From positions 186,001 through 250,000 of the forward strand of contig RSEE01000052.1 in the NCBI GenBank assembly GCA_003971905.1: a stretch of 64,000 nt of DNA, given 5' to 3'. Origin of the DNA: Moniliella sp. 'wahieum' (taxonomy: Eukaryota). A program made the position numbers and the translations under genes. Shown piece by piece: positions 24,046 to 36,279 of the stretch; position 1 is the stretch's first letter, and each line of letters begins with the position of its first letter. Under the pieces are notes generated by a model, which had not been told where the DNA came from, did not search any database, and saw nothing but the letters and a program-made list of their open reading frames with translations.

Positions 24046-26314
24046 TTAAAGAGGCAAGTCAGGGAGGCTAGAAGGTGGGTCAGAGTCGGGTTCGGTGCCG
24101 CGATAATCCAGGTGCTCCAAGACGAGGGGGAAGGTTTGTCCCAAGCCCGGGTGGAAGAGGTAGGACGAAAAAATGGTTTTCATCACGGCGGTTGATTTGG
24201 CTTTGCTCCAGACAGACAGAAAGAAGGCCATCTCTGCCTTTTTCAGATCGGCAGCTGGGAAGGAGGAGGTGAAGTGAGAAAAGAGCTCCCAGGCAATGTT
24301 GTCGACAGTAAGGTTGTTGAGAATATGGGTCATAGCGCGCTCCCGTAGGTCAGGTAGGTTGAGTTGGTCGGCCAAGCGGAAAAGAGACTTGGCACTGCAC
24401 GGTTCTAGCTTCCCCTTGTTCTGGGCGCAATATGCGTCAATTTGTAGGCGCCTGCATGTGCGCCGCATACAACATCCGTAGCCCATTCACCCGTGCTCGC
24501 ACTGCATTCGGAACAAACATCGACGATCCCAGCGACCCCTCCCCTGGCAGGGGGGCATACAGTGTTTCCTCATTCCAGTTGGATATATAGCTCGAGGTCA
24601 ACGGAGCAAATTCGACTTGGCCCGTGTAGAGGAAATGAAGAAGTGCGCGGTAAGTCCGTGGCGTGACTCCAGGGATAGTCTTGGAACGGCAGTTAATACT
24701 CTTCCGTGCAAGGCAGGCAAAAGATGGATCAAGAGGGATGACGTACGATGATTTTCCTCGAGGAGATACCTTCGGGTTGGGGGGTTGGATGCGCTTGCGG
24801 CCTTTCGGAGGTCGTGCCGAGGGGTGTGGACCGGTTCCAATCGAGAGAGCCGCTGTCATGATGCGTATCCATCTCGGGTGTCGAACGCCCGTTCAACGCC
24901 CTTTTGGACTGGCCATGGAGACCCGGAGAAGGAAGGTCCTCTTCCAGGCGTTCGGGATTGGGAACAGTAGTTGGAGTAAAGCTACCCGATCGTATTCCGG
25001 GTCAATCCAGTCGGGATCAAAGTCGTACTCCGCATCCGAATCAGGGAACGCATCCATCTCGGGGTGGTACGCGTAGGACAGATCTCTCGGTGAGGTGTAT
25101 GCAGGGGACGGGGCTCGGTGCATGTAGGGCGAAACGCTCTCTTCCCCTTCCAAATCGAGCAGAGCGTCCGGTGACGCCTGGTTCTCAACCCGCTCCTCGT
25201 CCAGTAACATACCACCAAGTTGAGGCGAAAGTGTAGATGGCGGTTGCGCAGGGCGCTCGCCGGCCTCTAGAAAGTCACCGGAGAGGAGGTTGGTAAAGTA
25301 TTGAGACCGGGTGACAAGCAACTGTTTGATGGCATAGATCGTCTCTTCCTCTTGTCTTTGAATCAGAGGGCCATTTCGACTGGTCTGTGAAGGGAAAGAA
25401 AAGACAATGTCGCTGTCAATGTATCAGTATCGGGACGATCATGTGACAGCGGGCAGCACACACCTGTACAAGGGATTGTCCAGCATCTTGCCCAGGGCGG
25501 TAAGAAGTTGATGGGGCACAACGGCGGTGGATGGCACCATAGAGCGCGCTGGCACAGACTGAGTTGTTATGGATACGCTCACAATTAACTTATCCAGCTC
25601 CATGACAGGCAGGGAGGAAAGGACAACGTCATGGGAACAGAACTTGCTCCACCCCCAATTGGGTGACTGGCTAGAGAAAGTGTGATCCGACGCCTCCTTG
25701 GACGCCAGCTGTTGGAGTTTGCCTGTAACAGGTGCAAGGAGACTGATGGTGAATTGTACACTGCCTCTGCGGATCCAGGTGAGCTTGGGCTGAGTAGGGG
25801 AGGCGGCACCGCTGGGTTCAGTGGCATCCTTCGTCGGGGTGGAAGTAGGAGTGTTGCGAACACGAGCGGGCTGGGCTTTGCGCTTGTCTGCATGAGCAAG
25901 GGATTTATCCACTCGTATTCTTGCGGTTCAGCACAGAGGTAGATGGAGAGACGGTTGCGCTCCACGCCAGGGCGGTGGGTGTAGAAGATGGTCCAGCATC
26001 CATTATAAAAGTGGGCGCTTTGCACCGCTTTGTTTTTGACCGCCTCGTTGGGCTCATTGATGAGGGACTTGATACCGGTTAGCGGCTGGAAAGCATGTCA
26101 GCATGGCAGGTCAGACATCGGGTCAGTGCACGTCTGGTTTCTGAAGGGGGCGGTTCGACGACAAGCCATACCCAGTCAAAGGTGACTGTGGGATGTGAAG
26201 GAGCTGGTGTCAGCAGCTGCTTGGAGGAGAGGAGGGGACATACGCACTCGTACGCGACTCTGTCGGAACGTCACCGGAACCAGGAGGAGCGGCAGGTGCT
26301 CGGCGCTCAGCCAT
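24046..26314 (-). CDS. MATH + BTB/POZ domain protein (cullin-3 adaptor-like)
   Basis: LSIYL...NWGWSKF (MATH); DIVF..IYAIKQLLVTRSQYFTNLL, TYRALLHFLYTGQVEFAPL, SAKSLFRLADQLNLPDL, LTVDNIAWELFS (fungal BTB). Several introns. Confidence 0.8.
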
Positions 26315-26870
26315 GGCGGCGACAAAGACGGTTGTTGGTGGTGTGGTGGTGGTGGGGTGTGGTGCAGCCCCCCGCACTGTATTCCGCCAAAAGCATTGGG
26401 GCTGGTGGGACGTCGGCCAACCGCACAGATTAGGCTGTGGCGACGGCCGCTTAGGTAATACTGGTATCGACAAGGCCGCGTCCTCCTCCTATCAAGCGAA
26501 ATCAGTTGCTGTCCCGCGTCTGCATCCAAGTACCAAGTGCTCTGCCGGTAACATGCTCCGCAGATCATTCCTTTGAGCGCCCCAGGGCAGATGGTATAGG
26601 GGAAGGGGGGGAAATAGTTATGGTCCTGAATCGCGAGCGCCATATAAAGCACACAATCCATCATGCATCGCACCGCTGGAACGGGGCGGTTCACAAACAG
26701 AGGGAATATAAGAAAACTATTACACAACATGAAACGGCATGGGCCCGTTTGTACAGCTCCCAGCACACCAAGATAGCGCACCATTGCCGGCTCTAGGGAC
26801 ATGGGTCTGCACTCTCACTTAGGACTTACAGCGATCAACACCCTCAAAGTAAAGGGGCGGAGGAAAAGGA

Positions 26871-27931
26871 TCACACCTCTCTCGATTGCTTGACGTCGAC
26901 CGCCTCCTCAGTCACTGTGCGTTTGCGGATGACCCCTGCCTCGGTCAGGTAGACATCGTCCTCCTCCCCTGGGACAACGTTGAACAACTTTTGTTCGCCG
27001 GTGACGATGCGCTCCGCAGTGGGCACGTCCATCTTCTTGGGCACTGTCTTGTGCTGGAACCGCTTGGTGATAGCGCGGACCATGGCACGGAACCAGATAA
27101 AATTGAGCGAATTGAGCACAACGTTGCCCGTGCAGTAGAAGAGTTTAATGCCGATGGGGATAGGTGGGGTATGAGGTACAAAAAGGGTCATGTTAAACCA
27201 GGAGATGGAGTTGTACACACCCAAAACAAGACGCACAACCACGTATGTCCCCAGCAGGAAGACGGCATTGATCAGCTGCCAGATGGAGCCCGTCATGCCG
27301 AGTTTGTCCATAAACCAATGAATGTTGAGGAACGGCGAAGACGCTTCCCAGAAAAGAAAGCCGAGGCCATCGTACATGAAAATGGGAGAGTAAATGAGTA
27401 TAAACGCAACAAAACTGACCAGGCCATGGGCGATGAATGCAACGCCTTCGTACTGGTGAACGTTGACATGCAACCGACTTTTGTCAGTGATCAGTGCAGT
27501 CAGGGGGATGGGGACGTACGCGAAGGGATATGTACATATCCCACGTAAAATATCCCAACGAAATGGCAAACACCTGACCGGCATCGAAGCTGTACCCCGC
27601 AGACGGTCAATGGCGAGAGGGTGGGGATCAACAGAACCGATTGGGTTGTTGTACACGTCAAGCCAAACGCGTGCAGCAAGGGGTGCGATAAAGGCGGCGT
27701 GAGCTAGAGCAACAAAATGCACGTCCCAGTTGCGACGGCTACGGCGATCGAATGTCTTGATGGTGCGAGGGAAGAGGAGGGGGGAAACGAGACTGGAGAG
27801 TAACTGGAGGGAAAACCAAGATAGGGCACTAACGATAATGGTTAGGACGTGCTCGGGCATGCGGGGCCGGCAGCGGTGCACCACGGCGCCACGGCCTCAG
27901 CGACGGTTGCCTGAACCTGGGCGACCGACAT
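26871..27931 (-). CDS. TLC (TRAM-LAG1-CLN8) domain membrane protein, TMEM56-like
   Basis: NWDVHFVALAHA, FIAHG, FLFWEASSPFLNIHWFMDKLGMTGS, LNSLNFIWFRAM. Confidence 0.9.
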
Positions 27932-29137
27932 GGAAGCGGGTGTGCAGCGGGGGGGAGATGAAGATAAGGTGGTGGCCTCAGGCAGACAAGGTGGAGTGGC
28001 GGATGCAGGACTGGCTCCTGTGTTGGGAGTGGGGTGGAGTAAATCTCTCTCCCTCGGCCACTGCACCTGACGGGTAAAAAAGGGAGCCGCCACCCGTCAC
28101 GCGTCACGCGTCACCGGTAACTCGCTGATTGCACGTCCCACGTAGCAGTAGGCCAGCAGCACGCCCTCGGAGATCTGATCGATGATCAATGGGACATAGG
28201 AGTCACGTCCATATCACGTTCGTATCACGTCCTTCATTGATTACCACTGTAAAAATATAGACACTCTCCGGAGACCCCAACACGGGGCGAACCTCCTTTC
28301 GGGTGGCCTGACCAGCTTGCCCTATCGGATCCAAGAGTTGGTATCGAGAACATGGAAGCGGAAAACGAAGCGAAGAGGTCCCCATATACCGAACACCCTA
28401 GGTTGATAAAACAGAGCTGCCCCCCTGTCTCTTCCCTAATATTGACCCCACGAGAGGCAACTCCCCATATGAACCGCGGTCTGCCACAAAAGAAAATAAC
28501 GCGTAAAAAGGAACCTTGAATAGGCATCGGACGTGGGAGTGGATCACAGGATTTTGCTGCGTGGGGTGCTTCGAAGTAGTCTGTAGGAACAAGCGCATCT
28601 ACATGTATACACACTATACAGAAGACAGCTAATAAAAAAAGGCAAAACTGGATACCATATATAGAGTGAGGGTGTAGCTGTTGTGGAGGGAGTGCCAGGG
28701 TTCCCCCACGGCCATCAAGCTTCAAGTGGATCCCTGACACACTCGCCTAGTGGTGTGGAAGCGTTCCGCTCGCAAGCTATACGCACCCCCTCGCCCTACT
28801 CCTCATCTCCCTTCTCTGTATCATGTCTCCTTCCCGTTGAATACAGTTGTGGCTCACTACTTTACCTTCACTAGTGAGGCACATAGGAGAGGGTGCAGGG
28901 CACAGGGACAGTGCCATACCCTGGGAGGATACCTGCAGAGTGGAAGCCGATGGAGAACCGAGGTGAATCTGGTCTACCGACTGGGACCGGAGGATCAAAC
29001 AGCTAACATTCACGCCTTTTGTCTGAAGGCTGCGTAATTTGCCATTGTGATCCCATGGGATCCCCGCGTGCTCCCAAGTCTCACACTCTGTGGCCTTAGC
29101 CTGAGGTGGCCACGGAAAGACCGGTAGTTTATAATTC

Positions 29138-29436
29138 CGTTTTCCCCTGGTTTTGACGACGCGGGGATAATGATTATTACGGCACCAAGATAACGAGCAA
29201 GATGCTTGCGCACTGGAAGGACTACTGACTTTCAATGGAAATGGTTCCTCGCTCGGATGTCTACCACGTTCCGTGTCCACACGCGCTACTCGGTTATGGG
29301 AACGAATGGCGGGTATCAGAGGGTCCTGATATCCTGGCAATTCCCCTGGTTCCTTACAACAGGGGGTGGCGCTACCAAGCAACAACGAAAGATGAGCGGT
29401 CGGTTTAGGCGTAGTGTTTCCCTGTCCCAGTCTTAA
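29138..29436 (+). mobile_element. Short 3'-end copy of the CRE-like non-LTR retrotransposon (copy B)
   Basis: Strong nucleotide similarity to 42515-42823 (cccctggttttgacgacgcg; tggaaatggttcctcgctcggatgtc; gagggtcctgatatcctggc; ccctgtcccag..tcttaa). Confidence 0.9.
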
Positions 29437-30730
29437 CTTCAGCTCCCTGTCAGTACGGATGCAGATAAGAGAGGGCCCCCCAAAAATGAAGATATGTGTG
29501 TGGCATGTACAGCGTTTCTACTGCTGGGGATCAGGGATCGATTCAGGCTTGATACTAGCTGAGCGTGAGGGGCGGGCCAAATGACGCGAACACACTGACG
29601 TGTGCGGAAGACGTTGACGAGTGTTCTGTCTAGTATCCGTGCCATGATACATACAGGATCAATAAGATCAGTTTGGTGCTTCTGTCTACTTCATGTGTGA
29701 GCATGTGTGAGCAAAAGGACCGAATCGGTCCCGTGGTTGTGGATTGATGCAATTGATGGACCGTGCACTCAAGCGGCCCGCAGCAACTTGTGTCTCTAAT
29801 CTGGAACCGACGTGACACTGTGATTCGTGTTGATTCTGTCACACATGTGACTGTCACATGTCAATGTGTCATGCATGTCAACGTCAACGTTCAACGTGTT
29901 CAGCGCAACACTATCGCTCGCTTTATCTTGGCAAAAAGTGCGTGGTTACGCGTTACGCGTTACGGCTGCTACTACCGACAGCATGTATAGCATCTGGGTC
30001 CCTTTGGCGCAGCCGCCCTCGGGTCAGAGGTCAGAGACGTCAGACGTCAGACGTGGCCTCGCCCAGAAGATATGTTAAGGCCACTTCTCATCTTCGTATC
30101 CTAGGCTTCCCCACAATTGCCCACCAGTGCCCCAGCAACAGAGGATGAGGCTTCCTGAACTTGTCAGTCTGAGCGTGTCTTCAACGCAGTCAAGTCAACA
30201 CATTGCCCACACGCTCCACCAGAAACAGAAGCGGTTATAGGGGTCGCGGCGCAAGAGGCGATCTATAGGGCCTGGACTATCTCAACATTCAATATTCAAC
30301 CTCGCCCAGTTTCCCAACCGCGCTCCGCAGCGCAGGTGGCTCAGCGTGAGCGGTGTAGCTGTGGGCCTCGGGCCCCAGTGCCTCACTATTAGTCTCTGTC
30401 ATAGCCTCAAGCTCAAGCTTGCCTCAGCGCCTCAGCCTGAGCGGCTCAGCTGAGATCTCTGAGAGAGGCGGGACCTCACATGTGCTCACATATGCTCACA
30501 GCTCACCCGGCCCTCAGCGCCTTCAGCGCCCTCAGCCCCTCAGCGGCTGAGGGCTCTCACACTGGGCCTCCGCCATGAGTAACTCAAGAGAAGTGTATAT
30601 TTGGCACGCATGCATCTGGTGGTGGGGGTCGGTGTCCCGCGCGATGAGCGGGCGAGGGTGATGCATGTTGCAGATGCCTGAGGCTGAGTGCTGGCTGGGG
30701 AGGTCTAGTAAGGTGATGGACAGTCAGTGA

Positions 30731-30941
30731 TGTTGACCACCAGTGGTCTAGAGCCCATCGGCCTTCAGTGACACGTGGCCCGATCCACACAGTGCACCGG
30801 GGCAGTGAGTTCCGACCCTTCCACGGGTTTCCACTGGCCTCCAGGCCAGGAGCCTATCAAGGCCCATAGCTCTAGCTCTCCTTAGCTCTTGAATGCCATC
30901 TCCATCGACCATCGCCAGCATCGCTAGCTAGGCCTGTGACA
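30731..30941 (+). repeat. 5' LTR
   Basis: TGTTGACCACC...GGCCTGTGACA; no differences seen from 35794-36004. Confidence 0.97.
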
Positions 30942-31088
30942 GAGCTACAATCTGAAGCACCCCACTGGCGCAAAGGATCAATACTCAGCACCACCATCGG
31001 CGCCCACCGTCACCACCACCACCCCAACGCCACCATCGGCACCACACACCAACCAATTCAAAAAAAAACAAAGGAAAAATCAGCCACC

Positions 31089-32321
31089 ATGCCCCCCGAA
31101 CTGGAAGAAAACACCCCTCCTCCCGAAGTCTCTGTCATCGAAGAGGCGCAGGACATCGACGAACCGACCACCACCCCTGTCTCCGACCCGACCTGGCAAC
31201 AGGCCCTCACCGACGTCAGAGACAACCTCCTCGCAAGCACCCGCGCGTTCAAGCCCACCAGCGCTGACAATCTCCGCTCCACATGCCGCTCGTTCGCTAC
31301 GGATGCACACACGGCGGCGTATGGACCGAAGAGCAAGAAAACACCGGGCGGAAAGGAAAATTGGATCTACACGCTCACCCTCGCGTTGGAGAAATATGTA
31401 TTGGCCGTTGAATTCACGAAGCCGCAAAACACCCGTGAGGCCCTTGCATCCGCGAGTGAGGACATGGCCGAGCTTCGCCACGCTGAGAAACGCGCGTCAA
31501 AAGAGATCGAGCGTACCAACGCGACGCGCAAGGACGCCTTCCGCGACCCCACCGAATATGTGCTCTGGGAGCCCTCCATCCTCAACATCCTGGACCGCAT
31601 CCACCCCGCCGCGAAGGACATCGTTCGCTCCGGTCCATCGTCACCACACTACGACTCGTCCCTCGATCTACGCCTCCAGAACCTTCTGTGGTCCCACCTC
31701 CCGAACGACGTTCAATCTGCCATTATTGCACAGGACAACGTTGACACGTCAGCTGACTTGCTCCGTGCCCTGCGAAACAAATACGGTACGGTCGACTGCA
31801 AGACGTATCATGAATTGTCCAGTCGCTTTCACCACTGCTACCAAAACCGGCGCAGCGGGAGCGAGTTCCTATCTGAAATGGGGACGCTCCGCAACCGGAT
31901 CAGCGCAACCACACCGATGTCGGACGAGCAATTCCGCCGTATCCTCGTCGGGGCCCTCCGCGACCCTGGTGACCGTCGCCGCCTAGAGCACATGACTCTG
32001 GCGGAGACAATGCAAGACGTGGAGAGAATCCCAGCGGACCCAGAGTACAGAATTCCGTACCGGGGCCGTCACCCCCGGACCGCCAACTCGGGCGCTGGCA
32101 AACACGACAGCGCGGGATCCCAGCAGCATAGCGGGGGTCCTCCTGCCGGTGCATCTCCCCGTAGCGGGGGTGCTCTTGCGAGAAAGCCGTCCGGCCACAC
32201 CGGGGTTCCTTCGAACAACAAATGGCACCGCAACAGCTCCGCGCGAGCGCACATTGCCACCGAAGACGACGTCTCCGAAGGGGAGACCCTGTCTGTGGAC
32301 CTTGCCCTATCTGACAAATAG
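31089..32321 (+). CDS. gag: Copia Gag, ends at TAG 32319-32321
   Basis: Uninterrupted ORF from gccaccATG; helical capsid-like segment (TSADLLRALRNKYG..EFLSEMGTLRNRI); no CCHC knuckle seen. Confidence 0.85.
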   Translation: MPPELEENTPPPEVSVIEEAQDIDEPTTTPVSDPTWQQALTDVRDNLLASTRAFKPTSADNLRSTCRSFATDAHTAAYGPKSKKTPGGKENWIYTLTLALEKYVLAVEFTKPQNTREALASASEDMAELRHAEKRASKEIERTNATRKDAFRDPTEYVLWEPSILNILDRIHPAAKDIVRSGPSSPHYDSSLDLRLQNLLWSHLPNDVQSAIIAQDNVDTSADLLRALRNKYGTVDCKTYHELSSRFHHCYQNRRSGSEFLSEMGTLRNRISATTPMSDEQFRRILVGALRDPGDRRRLEHMTLAETMQDVERIPADPEYRIPYRGRHPRTANSGAGKHDSAGSQQHSGGPPAGASPRSGGALARKPSGHTGVPSNNKWHRNSSARAHIATEDDVSEGETLSVDLALSDK

Positions 32322-35300
32322 GAACTCGCGGGCAACCAGGACATCCAGTCTCGTCACGACTCGGGCGCGGATCCTAGCATCTGGAAGGATCTCAGGGTAT
32401 TCAAAACCCTCAAGCCCAGCAACCGCTCAATCGAAATCGCTGATGGAAAACATATTAAAGCCAGTGGACGCGGAACATGTAGCATCGGTATCAAGTGTAC
32501 CGACGGCAAATGTATCCATGTAGACCTACCCGGCAGTCTATACGTCCCCGGCATAGCAAGCAATCTCACGAGCGTAGCGCAAATAAGTGACGCAGGCCAC
32601 GCATCCTGGTTCGCCCCCCACCGAAAAGGTATCTGGTTAAATGACAAGCATGGCAAATATCACCAAATCGCGGATTCCTCATACAAGCTGAACATCGTCC
32701 CGAAACCGACACCCACAAACGAACACGCGGCCAAAGCTGCCGTCGCCACCCAACACACCGCAGCCAACACCATCGAGCACGTCATGTACGTTCACCAACA
32801 GTACAACCACGCCGCGCTAGACCTACTCCCGACACTAACCGCCAACGCGCGAGCGAGCCTCCGCGTCAGCCCTGCCCAAATCCGACGCATCCGCCCCTTC
32901 TGGCATTGTCCCACCTGCACAAAAGCTCTGGCCAAAGCGCCCAGCCACCCTTCGCGCCACGGCCGCCGCATTTCGGAACGTCCTTTCGAAGTACTGCACG
33001 CCGACGTAGTCGACCTCCCTCGCATCACTGGCATGGGACATGGATACGCCCTGGTCGCGGTTGATGACTGGAGCCGTTACACCTTCGCTGTTCCCCTAAA
33101 GACGAAAGGACAAGCCACGGCGGAGCTGAAAAAACTCATCACCCGCGAGCAACGCATCGGAAAGGACCGTCTGCTTCGCATCTTGAAGACAGACAATGCC
33201 CCCGAGCTCACCAGCGCACTCCGTCCGTTCCTTGAATCCGAAGGTATCACGACGGAAACCACCATACCAGGCCAAAGTCAATCAAATGGGGTGGCCGAGC
33301 GAGCCATCCAGGCAATCACCACACGCGCGCGCCAACTCATCATCGCCTCGGGCCTCCCGACATCAAACTGGTGGCAGGATGCCTTGCTGGCAGGGTGCTG
33401 GACGCACAACCTCATGCCACCGACATCTCCACGCCAGGGCACACACATCTCGGGCTGAGCTGTACAAGGGGTCACCCCCACCGCTGCCAATGCACGCCTT
33501 CGGATCCTTGGCGTACCTTCACCTGGCCCAGGACCAACGTGACCATAAGCTCAGTCCGCGGGCTGTCGAAGCCATGCTCGTCGGGTACGACGCAGGTCGA
33601 GGTACAAAGGGTTGGCGCTGGGCTGTGTACGACCCGTCCATGGGCACGTTCCGATCCCAATGGGCAAAACCATACAAGTGGACCCAGCGCCAATACCACG
33701 AGGTTTTCCCCGACCGCTTTCCGCCTGACGTATCTCGCTTCCCCGCTCAACCCCTGCCTGACAGAACTATGACTGACACTGAAACCAAAAAGGGAGAAGA
33801 AAAAATGAACAAAATTGAAGTTGCAAATCCCAACACACCACCGAGAATCAACACTGATACTGACGCGACCATCGCAAGACAAAACGACACCCATCCAACC
33901 ACCCCCACCACCAGACGGTACCCCGCCCGGACCCACCAGCGCCGTTTTGACCTTGACTGGGCACAGCTCCCCGTAGCGGACGACCCTCATGATGGTGACT
34001 TCCACGCACACGCTGCCGCGCTGCCTCCGGTTCCCCTCCCTGACGGTAGTCGTAGTCCTGCGATCGGCCTACGCTTCCCACTGCCCGACACTGCCCTGCC
34101 CGCGTACAGCGACGGTCTCCATCCGCCTGAATACAAGGCGATGATCGCCCTTAGCGAGCCAGGGCCGCACGAGCGCATCCAGCTCACCAAGGACGGAGTA
34201 CCTGTTGCACCCAAGACAATGAAGGGCCTCCAATCACACCCCTCATTCGAACCAGTGCTGGAGGCGATGCGCACGGAAATCGACACCCTAGCCCGCTACG
34301 GCACATTCGAAGTCGTCACGCCCCCTCCAGACGCGCAGCTGCTGATTGGTCTGTGGCGCATCAACACCAAAACGGACGCGGACGGAAATTTCCTACGCTA
34401 CCGAGCCCGTCTCGTTGCCGGGGGCCACCAGCAGGATGCTGACACATGGGGACAAACATTCGCCCCTGCCGTGCGCACTCCTGCCATCCTCAGCCTTATC
34501 GCCCTTGCTGGAAAGTTCGGCCTCCACCTCTTCACTGCTGATGTGCACTCTGCCTATTTGAACGCTCCCCTCACGGAAAAAGTGTACCTCCGCCCACCCC
34601 CATTCTTTCCCGAGGAAAAAGGCAAGGTCTGGCGTCTCCGGAAAAGCCTATATGGCCTCCACCAATCCGGCGCAAACTGGGCGGTATTCATCCGTGACTT
34701 GCTCCGCGGAGACATGGGTTTTGTACAATCTCTGGCTGAGCCGTGCTTGTTCATCCGACCCCGTAAAGGCGACACGGTCCTCCTTGCCGTGCACACCGAC
34801 GATCTTCTCATCGCCTGCACGTCTCACGCACGCTACGATTCCTTCCTCACTGAGATCAACACCCATATCGAGGTGCGGGGAAACGGCCCCCTACACTACC
34901 ATCTTGGCTGCCAGTACGACACCATAAACGGGAAACTGTACCTTAGCCAGCCAAAATTCATTGAGGAATCCATTGCCAAACATGAGGTTCCGCCACCCCT
35001 GGTTATGGGCCTCCCCCACCCCAGCAAGATGATCCCCGCGCGCACCGACCCCGAACCGCCCGCACTGCCCGCCGAGAGACGCGACTACCAAGCCAAAGTA
35101 GGATCTGGGCTGTGGGCTGCCCGCATGTGCCGCCCTGATGCGCTGTTCGGCATCTCAGCTCTAAGCCGAGCAACTGCCGATCCCTCCAAGGCCCACCGCG
35201 CTGCGGCAACAAACTTCCTCCGCTACCTCTACGGTACCAAGGGCTACGGTCTCCGACTAACACCCGAGCCTGACGCACCCGCTCTCGCGCTATACACGGA

Positions 35301-35799
35301 TGCCGACCTGGCTGGAGACCCTGACCAATGGCGTTCCACGTCGGGATGCCTGCTTTTCGTCTACGGGGTTCCAGTGTCCTGGAGGAGCGTGCGTCAACCC
35401 AAGAGCGTCACCAACACTGCTGCGGCCGAATATACGGCGGGATATGAGGGCCTCATTGATGCGAACTACGTTAAAAACATCTTACTGGAGCTCGGTGCCA
35501 TCACCTCAGACGAGCCCATACACTGGTACTGCGACAACATGGCGGCACTTGCCTTGGCCGAAAAAGTGGGCAGCACGGGCAAACTACGTGAGCTGAACAT
35601 CCGGTACCACAACGTACGCCAGCATGTCGACTCGGGCGAAGTCAAAATCGCGCACATTGCTGGAAACGAGAACCCGGCCGACATCCTCACCAAACCAGCC
35701 ACTAAGGTCTCACTCCTGGCCAACTTGCCTCGCCTCAAGCTTGAGGACGTTACAACCTTCCATCGTGCCACTGAGACCTCTGGCCAGCGGGGGTGTTGA
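32322..35799 (+). CDS. pol: Copia Pol (PR-IN-RT-RNase H), in frame with gag; one frameshift near 33415-33450
   Basis: PR: DSGA, IEIADG, LYVPG..NL.SV. IN: H-x4-H..C-x2-C, LHADV, KTDNAPE, NGVAER. RT: YRARLVAGG, DVHSAYLNA, LRKSLYGLHQS, HTDD. RNase H: YTDAD, AEY, CDN, NPADILTK. Stop lies inside the 3' LTR. Confidence 0.93.
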
Positions 35800-36004
35800 C
35801 CACCAGTGGTCTAGAGCCCATCGGCCTTCAGTGACACGTGGCCCGATCCACACAGTGCACCGGGGCAGTGAGTTCCGACCCTTCCACGGGTTTCCACTGG
35901 CCTCCAGGCCAGGAGCCTATCAAGGCCCATAGCTCTAGCTCTCCTTAGCTCTTGAATGCCATCTCCATCGACCATCGCCAGCATCGCTAGCTAGGCCTGT
36001 GACA
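35794..36004 (+). repeat. 3' LTR
   Basis: Direct repeat of 30731-30941. Confidence 0.97.
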
Positions 36005-36279
36005 AGTGATTGGTGCGGGCGGTCGTGGGCACGATGAGGCGACCGGCATCAAGCTTCGGTCAGCGGACGGGACAGCGAATTACTGAAATGTACGGTTTTA
36101 TGCGGGCCCTTCGTACGATCACACGCCCACGAGCCAGTCTGGGCCGCTCAGCTGCTTTTTAATTTTTGGGCAGCCGATCGCCAGCCCCATCCTCTCCTCC
36201 GTCGTCGCCGCCAACGCCGCCGCTGCGTGTCCGCTGCTACCACCACCCTCTCAGTCCCACACTTACACAAAAACAAGCC

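Larger units (their letters stand above)
30731..36004 (+). mobile_element. Full-length Ty1/Copia LTR retrotransposon (5274 bp)
   Basis: Two 211-bp TG..CA LTRs; 5-bp target-site duplication AGTGA (30726-30730 and 36005-36009); domain order gag-PR-IN-RT-RNaseH; short purine tract (AGCGGGGG) before the 3' LTR. Confidence 0.98.

Noticed and set aside
28234..28740. 168-aa minus-strand ORF with a hydrophobic, Cys-containing segment (secreted protein?)
   Set aside because: No ATG-led signal peptide and no recognisable family; lies in a relic-rich island.
30731..30941. Heat-shock elements in the LTR (given the adjacent HSF gene)
   Set aside because: No run of alternating nGAAn/nTTCn units found.
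33415..33458. Programmed frameshift inside the integrase
   Set aside because: Falls mid-domain next to a short C run and a CA repeat, with no slippery heptamer; more likely an indel error or mutation.
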